NCBI GenBank assembly: GCA_963759775.1
Contig: CAVXAH010000001.1
Location: 528,682 to 592,681 of the forward strand
Reading direction: 5' to 3'
From: an uncultured bacterium
GTDB lineage: Bacteria; Patescibacteriota; Minisyncoccia; Phycocordibacterales; Phycocordibacteraceae
DNA: 64,000 nt
Shown: positions 1-12,200 of the stretch, piece after piece
How the letters are laid out: each line of letters begins with the position of its first letter
Position numbering within the stretch: position 1 is the stretch's first letter
Translations under genes and position numbers: made by a program
The notes under the pieces: model-generated
Databases searched by the model: none
Seen by the model: the letters and a program-made list of their open reading frames with translations, nothing else
Told to the model about the DNA's origin: nothing

Positions 1-257
1 TTGAGCTTCGCCGAAGCATGTGGGAATACCTACAAGGGCTCACTAAAAAAGGCGTCACCATTCTTCTCACGACCCACTATCTTGAGGAGGCGGAGCGCCT
101 CGCGAACCGCGTCGCGATTATTAATAAGGGCGAGATCATTGTGAACGGCACGATGGCAGAAGTACTCGCCATGCACAACGAGTCGGAACAGAAAGACGGA
201 TATCGCGGAGGACGCCTTGAAGAAGTGTTCATCCAGCTCACCACAGAAAAACCATGA
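1..257 (+). CDS. ABC transporter ATP-binding protein, C-terminal fragment (5' end outside window)
   Basis: The frame is open from the window edge. ...VTILLTTHYLEEAERLANRVAIINKGEIIVNG is the D-loop/H-loop end of an ABC ATPase. Its stop overlaps the next start (ATGA at 254-257). Confidence 0.8.
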   Translation, partial: ELRRSMWEYLQGLTKKGVTILLTTHYLEEAERLANRVAIINKGEIIVNGTMAEVLAMHNESEQKDGYRGGRLEEVFIQLTTEKP

Positions 258-1030
258 CCCCGTACCAAAAATGGATTTCTTTTTACACCATCGTCCGCAA
301 GGACGTGGTGCGCATTATGCGCATTTGGCCCCAAACCTTTTTGCCGTCAATCATAACGTCGGCACTCTACTTCCTTATTTTCGGCGCATTTCTCGGCTCA
401 CGTATCGGTGAAGTTCAGGGCGTGTCCTACATTCTATTTGTCGTTCCGGGTCTCGTCATGCTTTCGGTAGTTACGAATTCATACATGAACACCTCGTTTA
501 CGATGTTCATGTCAAAGTTTTTCGCACGCACTATTGATGAGATCCTCGTATCTCCGACGCCGCCGTGGCTTCTCGTCGCTGGCTATATTGCAGGCGGTGT
601 CGTGCGCGGTGTGGTGATAGGCGCTCTTGTTCTCCTCGTTTCACTCTTTTTCACACATCTGGTCGTACATAGCTTTTGGATTATTCTCCTGTTCCTTATC
701 CTGACAAGTGTTGTCTTTTCGCTCGCAGGACTCGTGAACGGTGTGTATGCAAAATCAATTGACGGGATTAACCTCGTGCCTACATTTGTGCTCACCCCAC
801 TTGTGTACTTGGGCGGCGTTTTCTACTCGACAGAATCTCTCCCGAGCTTTTGGGGAACCGTCACGAAGTTTGATCCGATTTTCTATATCATCAATGGTTT
901 CCGATACGGCTTCCTGGGAACCTCCGACGTACCAATTCTGCTCTCAGTGGGCATTCTCGTTGCACTCGCAGTCGTCTTCCTTGCATTCAATATCTATCTT
1001 ATTCGCACCGGTCTTGGCCTCAAGCAGTGA
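254..1030 (+). CDS. ABC-2 type transporter permease
   Basis: 258 aa with about 6 hydrophobic segments. It is translationally coupled to the upstream ATPase, and the layout is typical of ABC-2 (NatB/YadH-like) permeases. Confidence 0.8.
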   Translation: MTPYQKWISFYTIVRKDVVRIMRIWPQTFLPSIITSALYFLIFGAFLGSRIGEVQGVSYILFVVPGLVMLSVVTNSYMNTSFTMFMSKFFARTIDEILVSPTPPWLLVAGYIAGGVVRGVVIGALVLLVSLFFTHLVVHSFWIILLFLILTSVVFSLAGLVNGVYAKSIDGINLVPTFVLTPLVYLGGVFYSTESLPSFWGTVTKFDPIFYIINGFRYGFLGTSDVPILLSVGILVALAVVFLAFNIYLIRTGLGLKQ

Positions 1031-1093
1031 TTTGACTTAGCATTCGGAAAAGGGTACTGTACGAAGAACGGCCAGAAGGCCATTTTTATTTTC

Positions 1094-2884
1094 ATGGAAA
1101 TCAGAAATATCGCCATCATCGCGCACGTGGACCACGGGAAGACGACCCTGACCGACGCCATTCTCCGCCAAACGGGCGCGGCGGTTGAGGGTGTCTCCAT
1201 GGACTCAAACACGCTTGAGCGTGAGCGCGGTATCACTATTTACGCAAAGAACGCGGCAGTTGAGTACAAAGGAACGAAAATCAACATAGTGGATACTCCC
1301 GGCCACGCCGACTTCGGCTCTGAAGTAGAGCGCGTGCTCCGCTCCATTGACTGCGTGCTCCTTATTGTGGACGCACAGGAAGGTCCGATGCCACAAACAC
1401 GTTTCGTTCTGAAGAAGTCTCTTGAGCTCGGGCTGAGGCCGATTGTGGTTATTAATAAAATAGATAAGCCCGCAGCAGACCCTGCTCGGTGCGAAGAGCA
1501 GGTACTTGAGCTTTTCCTCGAGCTTGGAGCAACTGACGAACAGTCCAATTTCCCTGTGGTGTATGCCATTGGCCGACAGGGAATTGCGAAGAAGAAACTC
1601 GCGGATGACTCAAAAGACCTCACGCCGCTTCTTGATACGGTACTTGCGCACGTACCCGCGGCGTCAGAAGGGCATTCTGCCGAAGCAACGCTTATGCTTC
1701 AGCCCTTTAACCTCGCGTATGACAACTTCATGGGACGCCTTGCCGTAGGACGTATCTACGAAGGAACAATTCGTCCCAACCAGAACGTTTTTATCAAGAA
1801 ACCTACCGGTGAGGTACGCCAAGGCCGTACGACCAAGGTGTTTACCTTTAAGGGTCTTGAGCGCGTGGAGGCCGAGAGTGCATCCGCGGGCGACATCGCG
1901 CTTATTGCCGGACTCCCCGACATTTATATAGGAGAAACCATAACCACAGACGAGGGAGCCGCGCCACTTTCTGCAATCGCTGTTGATGAGCCAACCATCG
2001 TACTTAACTTCCTCGTCAATAATTCGCCTTTCGCAGGGAAAGAAGGGAAGTATGTGACGAGCCGACAAATTCGCGAGCGCCTCTTGAAGGAGCTTGAAGT
2101 GAACGTGGGACTCAAAATTGATTTTGCAGGTTCAGATGCATTTCGCGTGTCGGGTCGCGGCGAGCTTCACGTCGCCGTCTTGCTTGAAAATATGCGACGC
2201 GAAGGATACGAGTTACAAGTTTCTCAACCGCAAGTAATCATGCACGAAGAGAACGGCGTGAAGACCGAGCCGTTTGAAGAAGTCATTATTGACAGCCCGT
2301 CTGAATTCCAAGGTCCGATTATTGAAAAGCTTGGTCAGCGAGCATTCGTACTTCAAGATTTGAAAGTGGAGGGAAGTGGCGTACGTCTCACTCTTCTTGG
2401 TCCAACGCGCGGACTTCTTGGATATAAAAATCAATTTGTTATTGATACGAAAGGAGAAGGAATTCTTTCTTCACGCTTCGTCGCTTTCAAACCATATGCG
2501 GGCGAAATAAAAAAGCGACAAGTCGGCTCAATGATCTCAATGGCAACCGGTAAGTCGCTCGGCTACTCACTCTGGAGTCTTCAAGAACGCGGCGTGCTCT
2601 ATATCACTCCTGCAACCGAAGTGTACGAAGGCATGATTATTGGAAACACTTCTAAGGGAGAAGAGATGATGGCGAATCCTACGAAAGCAAAGGCGCAATC
2701 AAACGTGCGTTCTTCCGGTACCGACGAAGCGATTGTTCTGTTTCCTTCTTTTGAAATTACTATTGAGCGCGGTCTCGAAGTCATGACCGAAGACGAATAT
2801 CTGGAAATTACTCCAAAAAGCGTACGCCTTCGCAAACAACAGCTCACCGAAAACGATCGTTCCCGAGCGCGCCGTACCGCGTAA
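1094..2884 (+). CDS. typA: translational GTPase TypA/BipA
   Basis: 596 aa. The N-terminus IRNIAIIAHVDHGKTTLTD, DTPGHADF and NKID G-motifs plus the overall length match BipA. Confidence 0.9.
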   Translation: MEIRNIAIIAHVDHGKTTLTDAILRQTGAAVEGVSMDSNTLERERGITIYAKNAAVEYKGTKINIVDTPGHADFGSEVERVLRSIDCVLLIVDAQEGPMPQTRFVLKKSLELGLRPIVVINKIDKPAADPARCEEQVLELFLELGATDEQSNFPVVYAIGRQGIAKKKLADDSKDLTPLLDTVLAHVPAASEGHSAEATLMLQPFNLAYDNFMGRLAVGRIYEGTIRPNQNVFIKKPTGEVRQGRTTKVFTFKGLERVEAESASAGDIALIAGLPDIYIGETITTDEGAAPLSAIAVDEPTIVLNFLVNNSPFAGKEGKYVTSRQIRERLLKELEVNVGLKIDFAGSDAFRVSGRGELHVAVLLENMRREGYELQVSQPQVIMHEENGVKTEPFEEVIIDSPSEFQGPIIEKLGQRAFVLQDLKVEGSGVRLTLLGPTRGLLGYKNQFVIDTKGEGILSSRFVAFKPYAGEIKKRQVGSMISMATGKSLGYSLWSLQERGVLYITPATEVYEGMIIGNTSKGEEMMANPTKAKAQSNVRSSGTDEAIVLFPSFEITIERGLEVMTEDEYLEITPKSVRLRKQQLTENDRSRARRTA

Positions 2885-2890
2885 ACACCT

Positions 2891-2990
2891 CCTGTGGATA
2901 GGTGCTATCCACAGGTCGGCTGACCCCAATATTCTCAAAGGTGTACTCCCATCGAGTCCTGGAAGGGGTCAGCCGGCCTTCCTTTTTTGT
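2891..2990 (+). terminator. compound terminator after typA
   Basis: Hairpin cctgtggata/tatccacagg at 2891-2915. An 11-bp long-range stem cggctgacccc/ggggtcagccg spans 2917-2975 and is followed by ccttccTTTTTTg. Confidence 0.55.
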
Positions 2991-3222
2991 GTAGGTTTTT
3001 AAGCAAAACTGCTTCGTTTAGATAAAAACCAATTATGGGAACATGCATACCCTGAAAGATTTCAGGTTGTATTGCTTAGCTTTATCGTCTCGGCAAGACG
3101 AGTTTCACACAAAGTTTCCCATATGAGGGGATAGAGAGCTTCTTTGAAGGTCATTTGCACCCTTCAAATCCGGCAGGTTCTTCATCAATTCTTATCCTCC
3201 TTTTTTGTCGCAGAATCCTTGA

Positions 3223-3253
3223 GAAAACCCTTGTCTTTCAAGGGTTTTCTTTG
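3223..3253 (+). promoter_or_regulatory. terminator-like hairpin inside the 5' leader of the giant gene
   Basis: gaaaaccctt (3223-3232) pairs with aagggttttc (3240-3249) and is followed by tttg, 34 nt before GTG 3287. A second hairpin ttgaagg...ccttcaa lies about 60 nt further upstream. Confidence 0.35.
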
Positions 3254-3286
3254 AAACGGCGTAGTAGAATAACCTGTATACAAACT

Positions 3287-6200
3287 GTGAATAAGAACGT
3301 ACTAACTTCAGCTGCACTTTCGGTACGTACAGGAGTTCTCCTGACGCGGTTTTTTGCCCTCGCTCTAGCGGTCTTTTCTGTGCTATTTCCATACGGCGCC
3401 GTGCACGCAGCGGTTGGTGTTCCGGAAATTATAAACACACAAGGTCGCCTGCTTGATTCAAACGGAAATTTGCTCGGCGGCACGGGTACTAACTTCTGTT
3501 TCCGTTTCGCGCTCTATGACGATGCGACCGTCGGTGCACCAGACTCAAAAGTGTGGCCCGCAGGAACCCCCTCCACAATGTCGGTCTCCGTAAAGAACGG
3601 CGTGTTCAACGCAGGGGTCGGCGATACCGCGGCGGGAGGCGACACGCTTGACTACAATTTTCAAGACAACGATGCCGTGTATCTTTCCATTGAAGTTGCC
3701 GCGCAAATTTCTGGATCATGTACGGGCGTTACGTTTGAAACTCTTTCACCACGCCAACGAGTTGTCTCATCTGGTTTTGCGATCAACGCATCAACCGTTG
3801 GAGGATTCACACCGTCGCAAACCCCGTCGGGCTCAAACATTCCAGTTCTTTCAAGTGGACATCTCACGCTCTCCGGAACGAATCCGCAATTTAATGCGAG
3901 CGGTTCCAACACACTCACTTTGCAAGGTGGTGGCGGAACGGGTGCCGTGCAATTTTTCTCGTCATCAAACAGTTTGACTTCCGCGGGTGCTCTCACAATC
4001 GCGGGCGCGCTCACTGCAAATGGATCTGCCACGTCAACATTTGCAGGAGGCATTTCGCTCTCCTCCGGAAATATAAATCTTGCTTCCACCTTCGCATATC
4101 TGATCAACAATCTCCGCATCCTCGATGCAACAACACTCGGCTCCTCGGTCGTGAACTCCTCTCTCACCTCCGTTGGCGCGTTAAATGCGGGTTCCATCAC
4201 GAGCGGTTTCGGCGCAATTGACACGGGGGCGGACAACATCACGACAACAGGACTTGGTACCTTTGGGAATCTTCTTGCTACCGGAAGTAGCACGTTTCAA
4301 AACTTTACGGCGGTTAATGCAACCACGAGCCAAGCAACGACAACAAATCTCGCCATTTCAAGCATCGTTTCTTCTCTCCTCAAGACCAACGCATCAGGCG
4401 CAGTTGTGCCAGCTATTGCGGGCACTGACTACGCGACCTCTGCGGTAACCGCCATCGGCCCATTAGGCCAAACTGCCGACGGTCCTACCGTGACCCTTGC
4501 CTCTTCAACAAGCGTGACAAATGGACTCACTTCCGCGATCGCCGTGACTGGTTCAGGTGACACTCTTACGTTCACGCCAAGCCTCTCTGGAACACTGACG
4601 GTTCCTGGCGGAGGTACCGGCTCTACCACGCTCTCAGGAATCTTGCGAGGCAACGGCACGAGCGCGGTGCAAACACTTCTCATCGGTACTGGTCTTACCT
4701 TTGACGGCACCACCCTTTCTTCAACGGGAGGTGGTGGGGGCTCCGGAAATGTTTCTACCTCCAGTGTTCCAACGGTGGGGAATCTCGCATACTGGACCGG
4801 AAACGGAACTCCTTCAACACTCGGCGATGTTGCAACGACAACGCTCTCAGGAACCGGTGCCGTGAACGTTTCAAATTCTCCTATCATCATTGGCACTTCT
4901 CCTGCCGTCATCTCGCTCGGCACGGTCCCGGTTTCAAACGGCGGAACAGGGAATGCAATACTCACCGCAAACACCGTACTGCTTGGTAATGGCACGGGCG
5001 CCATTGCCACAACGTCAGCAGGGACGAACGGACAAACACTCGCACTCGTGAATGGTGTGCCGACGTGGACAGCAACCACAACTGCCGGCACAGGTCTTTC
5101 ATATTCGGGAGGTTCTTTCAACGTAAACACATCCCAAAACATCGCGACACTTTCAAACCTTACGACAAACGGTTTTGTTAAAACGGTCGGAGGAAACGGA
5201 ACACTCACGGTTGATACCAGCACATACCTCACGGGGAACGAAACGATTACGCTCTCGGGTGATGTCTCGGGAAGTGGAACAACCGCAATTTCAACGACTC
5301 TTGCCACCGTGAATGCAAACACGGGATCCTTCGGTTCTTCAACTCTCATACCTTCTTTTACCGTGAATGCAAAAGGTCTCATCACCGCCGCCTCAACCAA
5401 TGCGGTCATCGCACCTGCCGGAACACTGACCGGCACATCACTCGCTTCAAACGTGGTCTCATCGTCTCTCACCAGCGTCGGTACGATTTCTTCAGGAACG
5501 TGGAATGCAAGCACGGTCAGTGTTCCGTACGGCGGTACCGGCAACACCACCTTCACCACCAACGGTCTTTTGTATGGAAACGGAACAAGTGCGATTTCAG
5601 CAACGGCGGCAGGAGATCCTGGTGAACTCATTGTGGCGAATGCTTCAAGTGTTCCGGTCTTCCGCACGCTTTCAGGCGACGCCACTCTTTCTTCTGCGGG
5701 CGCACTTACGCTCGCAAACTCAGGCGTCACCGCATCCACCTACGGAAGCGCCTCTCAAGTTCCCGTTATCACGGTTGATGCAAAGGGAAGAGCCACCGGA
5801 ATCACGAACACGGCGATTGCAATCAATGCAAACCAAATCACTTCAGGCACACTTCCCGTTGCAAATGGCGGAACGGGGAATACAACACTCACTTCAAACG
5901 CCGTACTTCTTGGCAACGGCACAAGTGCCATCACCACCACCTCACCAGGAACAAATGGGCAAGTGCTCGCACTCGTGAACGGCACTCCAACATGGACTGC
6001 AACTTCCTCAATCAACAATGGGGTTACCTCGCTCACGCAAAATGGTGGAGGGTCTCCACAAACAGGAGCGCTGACGATTGCAACATCATCAGATACGAAT
6101 CTTCTTTTGAACGTAACCAATTCAGGAAGCACTTTTACTTTTACACCCGCATGGAGCGGTATTCTTGCGGTTAGTCGTGGAGGTACTGGAGCAGCGACCT

Positions 6201-9200
6201 TCACTACGAACGGTGTTTTGTATGGCAATGGCGGCTCAACCCTCTCGGTAACCTCCGTGGGCTCAGGAGGACAAGTGCTTATTGCCAACGGTTCAGGTAT
6301 TCCAACATTCACCTCTTTCTCGGGAGACGCAACCGTTGGAAGTGGGGGGTCACTTTCAATTTCAGCGGATGCCGTTGCGCTTGGTACCGATACGACTGGC
6401 AACTACATCGCCTCAATTACCGCAGGAGCGGGTCTCACGGGTGATACGGCAAGCGAAGCCGCTGTCGCGGCGCTTGCGGTGGGAGCAGGAGACGGAATTA
6501 TTGTTGGAGCAGATTCAATTACGATTGACTCAATCACGTCTGGCGTGACGGTGATATCGTCTGCAAACTCCGGTCTTGAAGTTACTTCAGGAGGTCTGCG
6601 ACTTCTTGGTGGTTGTGACGATAATGATATTTTGAAATGGAATTCGTCGTCGCAGGTATGGGCTTGTGACACTGATGAAGAGGGGAGTAGTTCTGGAAAT
6701 GTCTCCACCTCAACAACACCAAACATTGGTGATCTCGCGTACTGGACCGGAAACGGAACCCCTTCAACACTCGGTACAGTAGCAACGTCTTCACTCACGG
6801 CCGGTTCCGAATTTTCATACTCAGGGACGCTCGGCGCATTTGTTGGTGGGTCTTCAGGCACGCTCTCTCTTGCGACAAACGGCATCTCACTCACGAAGCT
6901 CGCACAAATTGCAGCGAACTCCATCCTTGGAAACACAACAGGTGTCACCGGCAATGTCACCGCTATTTCTACTTCAACTCTTGGCATTGCGCTCTCTGAC
7001 ACGACCGGCACATTAAGCGCATCTCGTGGTGGTACTGGATCCACAACCCTTTCGGGTATTTTGAGAGGCAACGGCACAAGCGCTATTCAAACACTCGTCG
7101 TTGGTTCAGGGCTCTTGTTTGATGGAACAACACTCTCAACGACTGGCGGAGGAGGATCAGGAAATGTTTCAACCTCTAGTGTTCCGACCGTGGGCAATCT
7201 TGCGTACTGGACCGGCAACGGAACGCCTTCAACACTCGGCGACGTTGCAACGACAACGCTTTCTACTTCAGGCGCTCTCTCGCTTTCTGCAAATCCAATT
7301 GTGATTGGTTCATCGCCAATCACGCTCTCCCTTGGAACGGTACCGGTAGCAAATGGTGGCACGGGCTCTACCACGCTCACGGGACTTTTGAAAGGAAATG
7401 GCACGGGAGCCGTTCAGTCTGCGGTTTCTGGTACCGACTACCAAGCACCCGGCGCATACATCACCGCACTCACCGGAGATGTCACCGCATCGGGTCCTGG
7501 ATCTGCGGCGGCGACACTTGCTTCAACCGGAGTCACCGCAACTTCGTACGGAAGCTCAACTGCAATTCCGTCATTCACCGTTGATGCTAAAGGAAGACTC
7601 ACCACCGCCTCAACCAACGCGGTCATCGCACCTGCCGGAACACTGACTGGCACATCACTCGCTTCAAACGTGGTGACGTCCTCATTGACCGCGGTTGGCA
7701 CACTCACCAGTGGTACGTGGAATGCGGGAACGATTGGAGTGGCGTATGGCGGTACCGGAAATAGCTCACTCACGACGAACGGCATTTTGTACGGGAACGG
7801 CACCTCGGCGGTTGGTGCGACAGCACCCGGAGATCCTGGCGAACTTATTGTCGCGAACGCTTCAAGTGTCCCTGTCTTCCGCACACTCTCTGGAGATGCA
7901 ACGCTCGCGTCTTCCGGTTCACTCACACTCGCAAATTCAGGAGCAACACCTGGCATTTACGGATCGGCATCGCTCGTACCCGTACTTACCGTGGACTCAA
8001 AAGGACGAATCACTTCAATCACAACCGCGACTGTATCAGGCGGTGGAGGGGGAGGGGGAACTGGAAACGTTGCAACATCTACGACAGAGACGGCAGGATT
8101 TCTTGCGTACTGGACATCAACCGGCGCTTCGCCAGCAACCCTTGGAAAAGTTGCGACCACAACCCTTACGGGAACGGGCGCCGTGAGCGTCTCAAACGCA
8201 CCGCTCATCATTGGCTCTACTCCTGCCGTTATTTCACTCGGCACGGTTCCGGTTTCAAACGGCGGAACGGGCTCCACCACGCTCGCATCCTCACAGCTTT
8301 TGTATGGATCAGGAACGAATGCGGTTCAAAGTGTTGCCACCACCACCATCACCGCCTCAAGTCCACTTTCTTTTGGAAGCGACCCAGTAGTCATTGGAAC
8401 GTCACCGTACACTCTTTCGCTCGGCACCGTAGGCATCGCGAATGGCGGAACCGGACTCACCGCAGTACCGACGAACGGTCAACTTCTTATTGGAAATGGT
8501 ACGGACTATACGCTCGCAACACTTACTGCAGGAAATGGTACTGCCGTTACGAACGGCTCAGGAACCATAGGTCTCGCGGTTCAACTTCTTGATGCCGCGG
8601 ACGGCATTGGAAACACCAGTTCGCGTTCCGGTCTTGAGTTTGGTGATATCGGCAACAATGAACTCACCCTTATCCAAGGCTGTGGTGACGGAGAAGTTCT
8701 TAAATTCTTTACTTCAAGTAAGGCGTGGGAGTGTTCGACGGACACAGGAGCCTCGCAAAACACATTCCTCAATGTAATCGCAGATGACGCGACAACTGCG
8801 GTCGCGGACGCGACGACCGACACCTTGCAACTCTTTGGTGGAAATGGTGTTTCTACGGTCGGTGACGCATCAAATGATCGCATCACTTTTAATCTTGGAA
8901 ATCTCACAAGCAATTGGGACCAGTCAGGTGCATTCAGTCTGCGGCTTTTGAACGCAGGTTCAAACTTGGTCATTCAAGAAAATGGAGGCGGTTCCGACAC
9001 GGCAACCATAGATGTTGCCGCCCTTTCAGGGAATCGTACCTACACCTTTGAAGGAAACTCAGGAAATATTTTGACTGATCAAAATGCATCGGGCTTTCTG
9101 GACAGTACCTATGTAAACTTTGCCGAAGCACCCTCGGCAGGAGACATCACGGGCTCTTTCTCAGGAGGACTTTTTGTTGGCGCAAATACCGTCGCACTTA

Positions 9201-12200
9201 GCACTGATACCACGGGGGATTACGTTACTTCAATCACAGCAGGAAACGGGCTCGGGGGAACAGGGCTTACGGGAGAAGGGTCAACACCAACTCTTTCCGT
9301 AAATGTAGGAGACGGACTCCAGCTTTCTTCAGATGCCGTCAATTTTGCGCTTCACACGACTGGTCCAGGACTTCAGGCAGATGGCAATGGCCTCTCTCTT
9401 ATTCGTACCTGTGGGGACGGAGAGCTTTTGAAATACACCGCAGCTTCCGGTTGGACTTGTGGATCAGACGCGGGAGCAGGGTCTTCGCCATTTGCCACGG
9501 CAGGGGGGCTCATTACCAAATCAACAGCAAGCGATCGACTTGAATTGCAATACGGCACCCCAGGCGATATTCAGTTTAAAATTACAAATGTTACGGCAAG
9601 TAATGACAGTGCACCGACGGCCGACGCAATGCAGATACTCCTCACGGGAGATGCAGAGGCAGATGCTATTACCACGGGTGGTGTTGATGGACTTTACATT
9701 AACGCGCTCTTTGGTGCAGTGACAGGAGACAACGTCGCCTTACTCCATCTTGACCTTGATACCGCAACCACCTCCTCACCAAGCGGAACGTTTGATGCAA
9801 TACGTATTGATGCTATTCCGGGTTCGGGAGCACAGGAAACGGCAATTGAAATCGGTTCAGGATGGGACAACATTTTGGACACAGGAAGCGTGGACATCAC
9901 CGGAACAGGAAATATTTCCGGTGTAAATGACCTCACGGTGGTGGGTACCGTAAAACTTACGGGGGCAGCATATGCAAACTGTAAAGGCACTGCCGCAAAC
10001 CAAGGAGCGCTTACCGTTGCCGCAGATGGCACGGTGGAGTGTACGGCAGACGACGGTGGTACCGGTACTTCATGGTCGTCACTCACGAACCCAAGCGGAA
10101 ACCTTGCTCTTGTTCACAACGAAAACAAAACGACGTTTACCTGGGACACGGTAGACACAACCGTTTCACCTTTTGATGGCATCACGTTTGCCATCAATAA
10201 CGATGCATCTGTTGATGCTCAAACGCAACGCATCGTCGTCATTAAAAACAATCTCGTTTCCGCCGGAGGTACCATCGAACGTCTTTTGGTACTTGATAAC
10301 GCCGACGGCGGTACGGTACCAACGGCTCTTGAGATTGGCGGATTCGGCGCTATCACGACCGCGATTGATGTCTCCTCTTCAACTATCGGCACCGCAATCG
10401 CTTTTGGTGCAAACGATATTATAGGTACCAATTTCTCAGTCACGGGTGGAACAGGAAATGTTATTACCTCCGGAGATATTGCCGTAAACGGTGGAGATAT
10501 TACTTCAACCAGCGACCTTACTCTTGATGCTCAAGATGGAACACCAACGATTTTCATTGCTAGTGGCGACAATCTACAACTTCAGTCAACCGGAAACATC
10601 CTCCTTGGCACCGGTCGCTTAGACGTTGCGTCGGCAGGGAACTTGAATATTGGTATCACGACCGCAACGGCCGTTGTGATTGGAAACGGCTCAGGAGACT
10701 CTTCCGTACAACTGCCAAGTCAATCAGTAGGCTCAACAGAGATTGTGGACAATGCTATTGGTCAAGCCGACATAACGGACGACTCACTTGATTTTGCAGA
10801 CTTCCAGGACGCTCTTGATCTTGATGCAAACACAACACTACTCTCAACGCTCACCGGTATCGGTCTTGATTATGCACTTTCACCAACGGGCGCTGGTACC
10901 ACCACGGCGTGGGAGATTACCCCAACTATTGCGAGTGGTGTTTCTCAAGAACTTCGTGGCATTCACATAGATCCGGTAACGACAAACGGAAACGCAGGAG
11001 ACTTTATTCAGGGTATTTTGATAGACAATATTACGGGCACCGCTTCCGTTGATACCGGAATCCACATAGGTACGGGATGGGATACGGGCATCCTTGTTGA
11101 TGGCGGGGGAGTCACTATCTCCGCCGGCGCTCTCGCGGTGAACTCTGACTCCATTACCTCCGACGGCACACTACTTATAGACTCAAGCGGTATCGTACGA
11201 CTTGGTTCAAACGACAATCTTGAGCTCCAAGGGTCAGGAAATTTACTTATCGCAGGCGCGAGCGGACGACTTGATGTGAATTCTCTCGCAACGCTCAATA
11301 TTGGTACCACCAATGCGACGGCGGTTGTGATAGGAAATGGAGCAAATACGACGAGCGTTACTATCACCACCACAGCAGCAGGAAATACGGCGCTCGTGGT
11401 GCCAGACCAATCCATTGGAAACGCAGAAATTGCTCTTGATACACTTGACTACGCACAGTTTGACGACTCCCTTGATCTTGATGCAAACACGACGCTTGCC
11501 TTTGCGGGGTTCAACCTCACACATAACTTAAACTCCACGGGAGATTTTCTCATACAGGATGCGGGTACCATCTTCGCACAATTCCTCGATGACGGCACCA
11601 TCACTTTTGGAAAAGCTTCCGGAGCAGGAACGATTAATGTTGGCGTCGGAACCGCAATTGACACTATTAATATTGGTACCGACGCGACCGCAAGTGATGT
11701 GGTGCGGATTGGTTCGTCAAATGCTGACCTCGCACTCACGGACGCACAGTGGTCTATCACCACCTCGGGACTCATCACCACCGCAGATGATATTGCGGTA
11801 AATGGGGGAGACATCACCACAACCGCAAGCACAGGAAATATTTTCAACGCAAACGCGGCAACGGTAAATATTGCAGGGGCCGCGACACTTTTCAATCTTG
11901 CGGACTCAACGACGGTGAAAACAATAGACATTGGCGGTGTCACGGCAGACGGTACGGACACTATCAATATTGCAACCAACGGGACATCAAACAGCGACAC
12001 TGTCACTATCGGAAATTCAAATGGGGGAACCTCAGTCGCGATCACGGGAGGTGATGCGTGGGGCATCTCAGCTACAGGTGTACTCACTCTTTCTACCGAC
12101 GCGTCACCGACGACTGCCATTCTCGCCGTTGATAGCGGATATACCAACTTTGCTGATATTGCCGACAATCATATTATCGGTACAACGCCAAACCTAGACT

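Noticed and set aside
3155-3286. Track start (TTG 3155) for the giant ORF, adding 44 N-terminal residues
   Set aside because: That stretch ([44 protein letters not shown]) runs through two leader hairpins, including a terminator-like one, and is not signal-like. GTG 3287 yields a textbook n-h-c signal/anchor.
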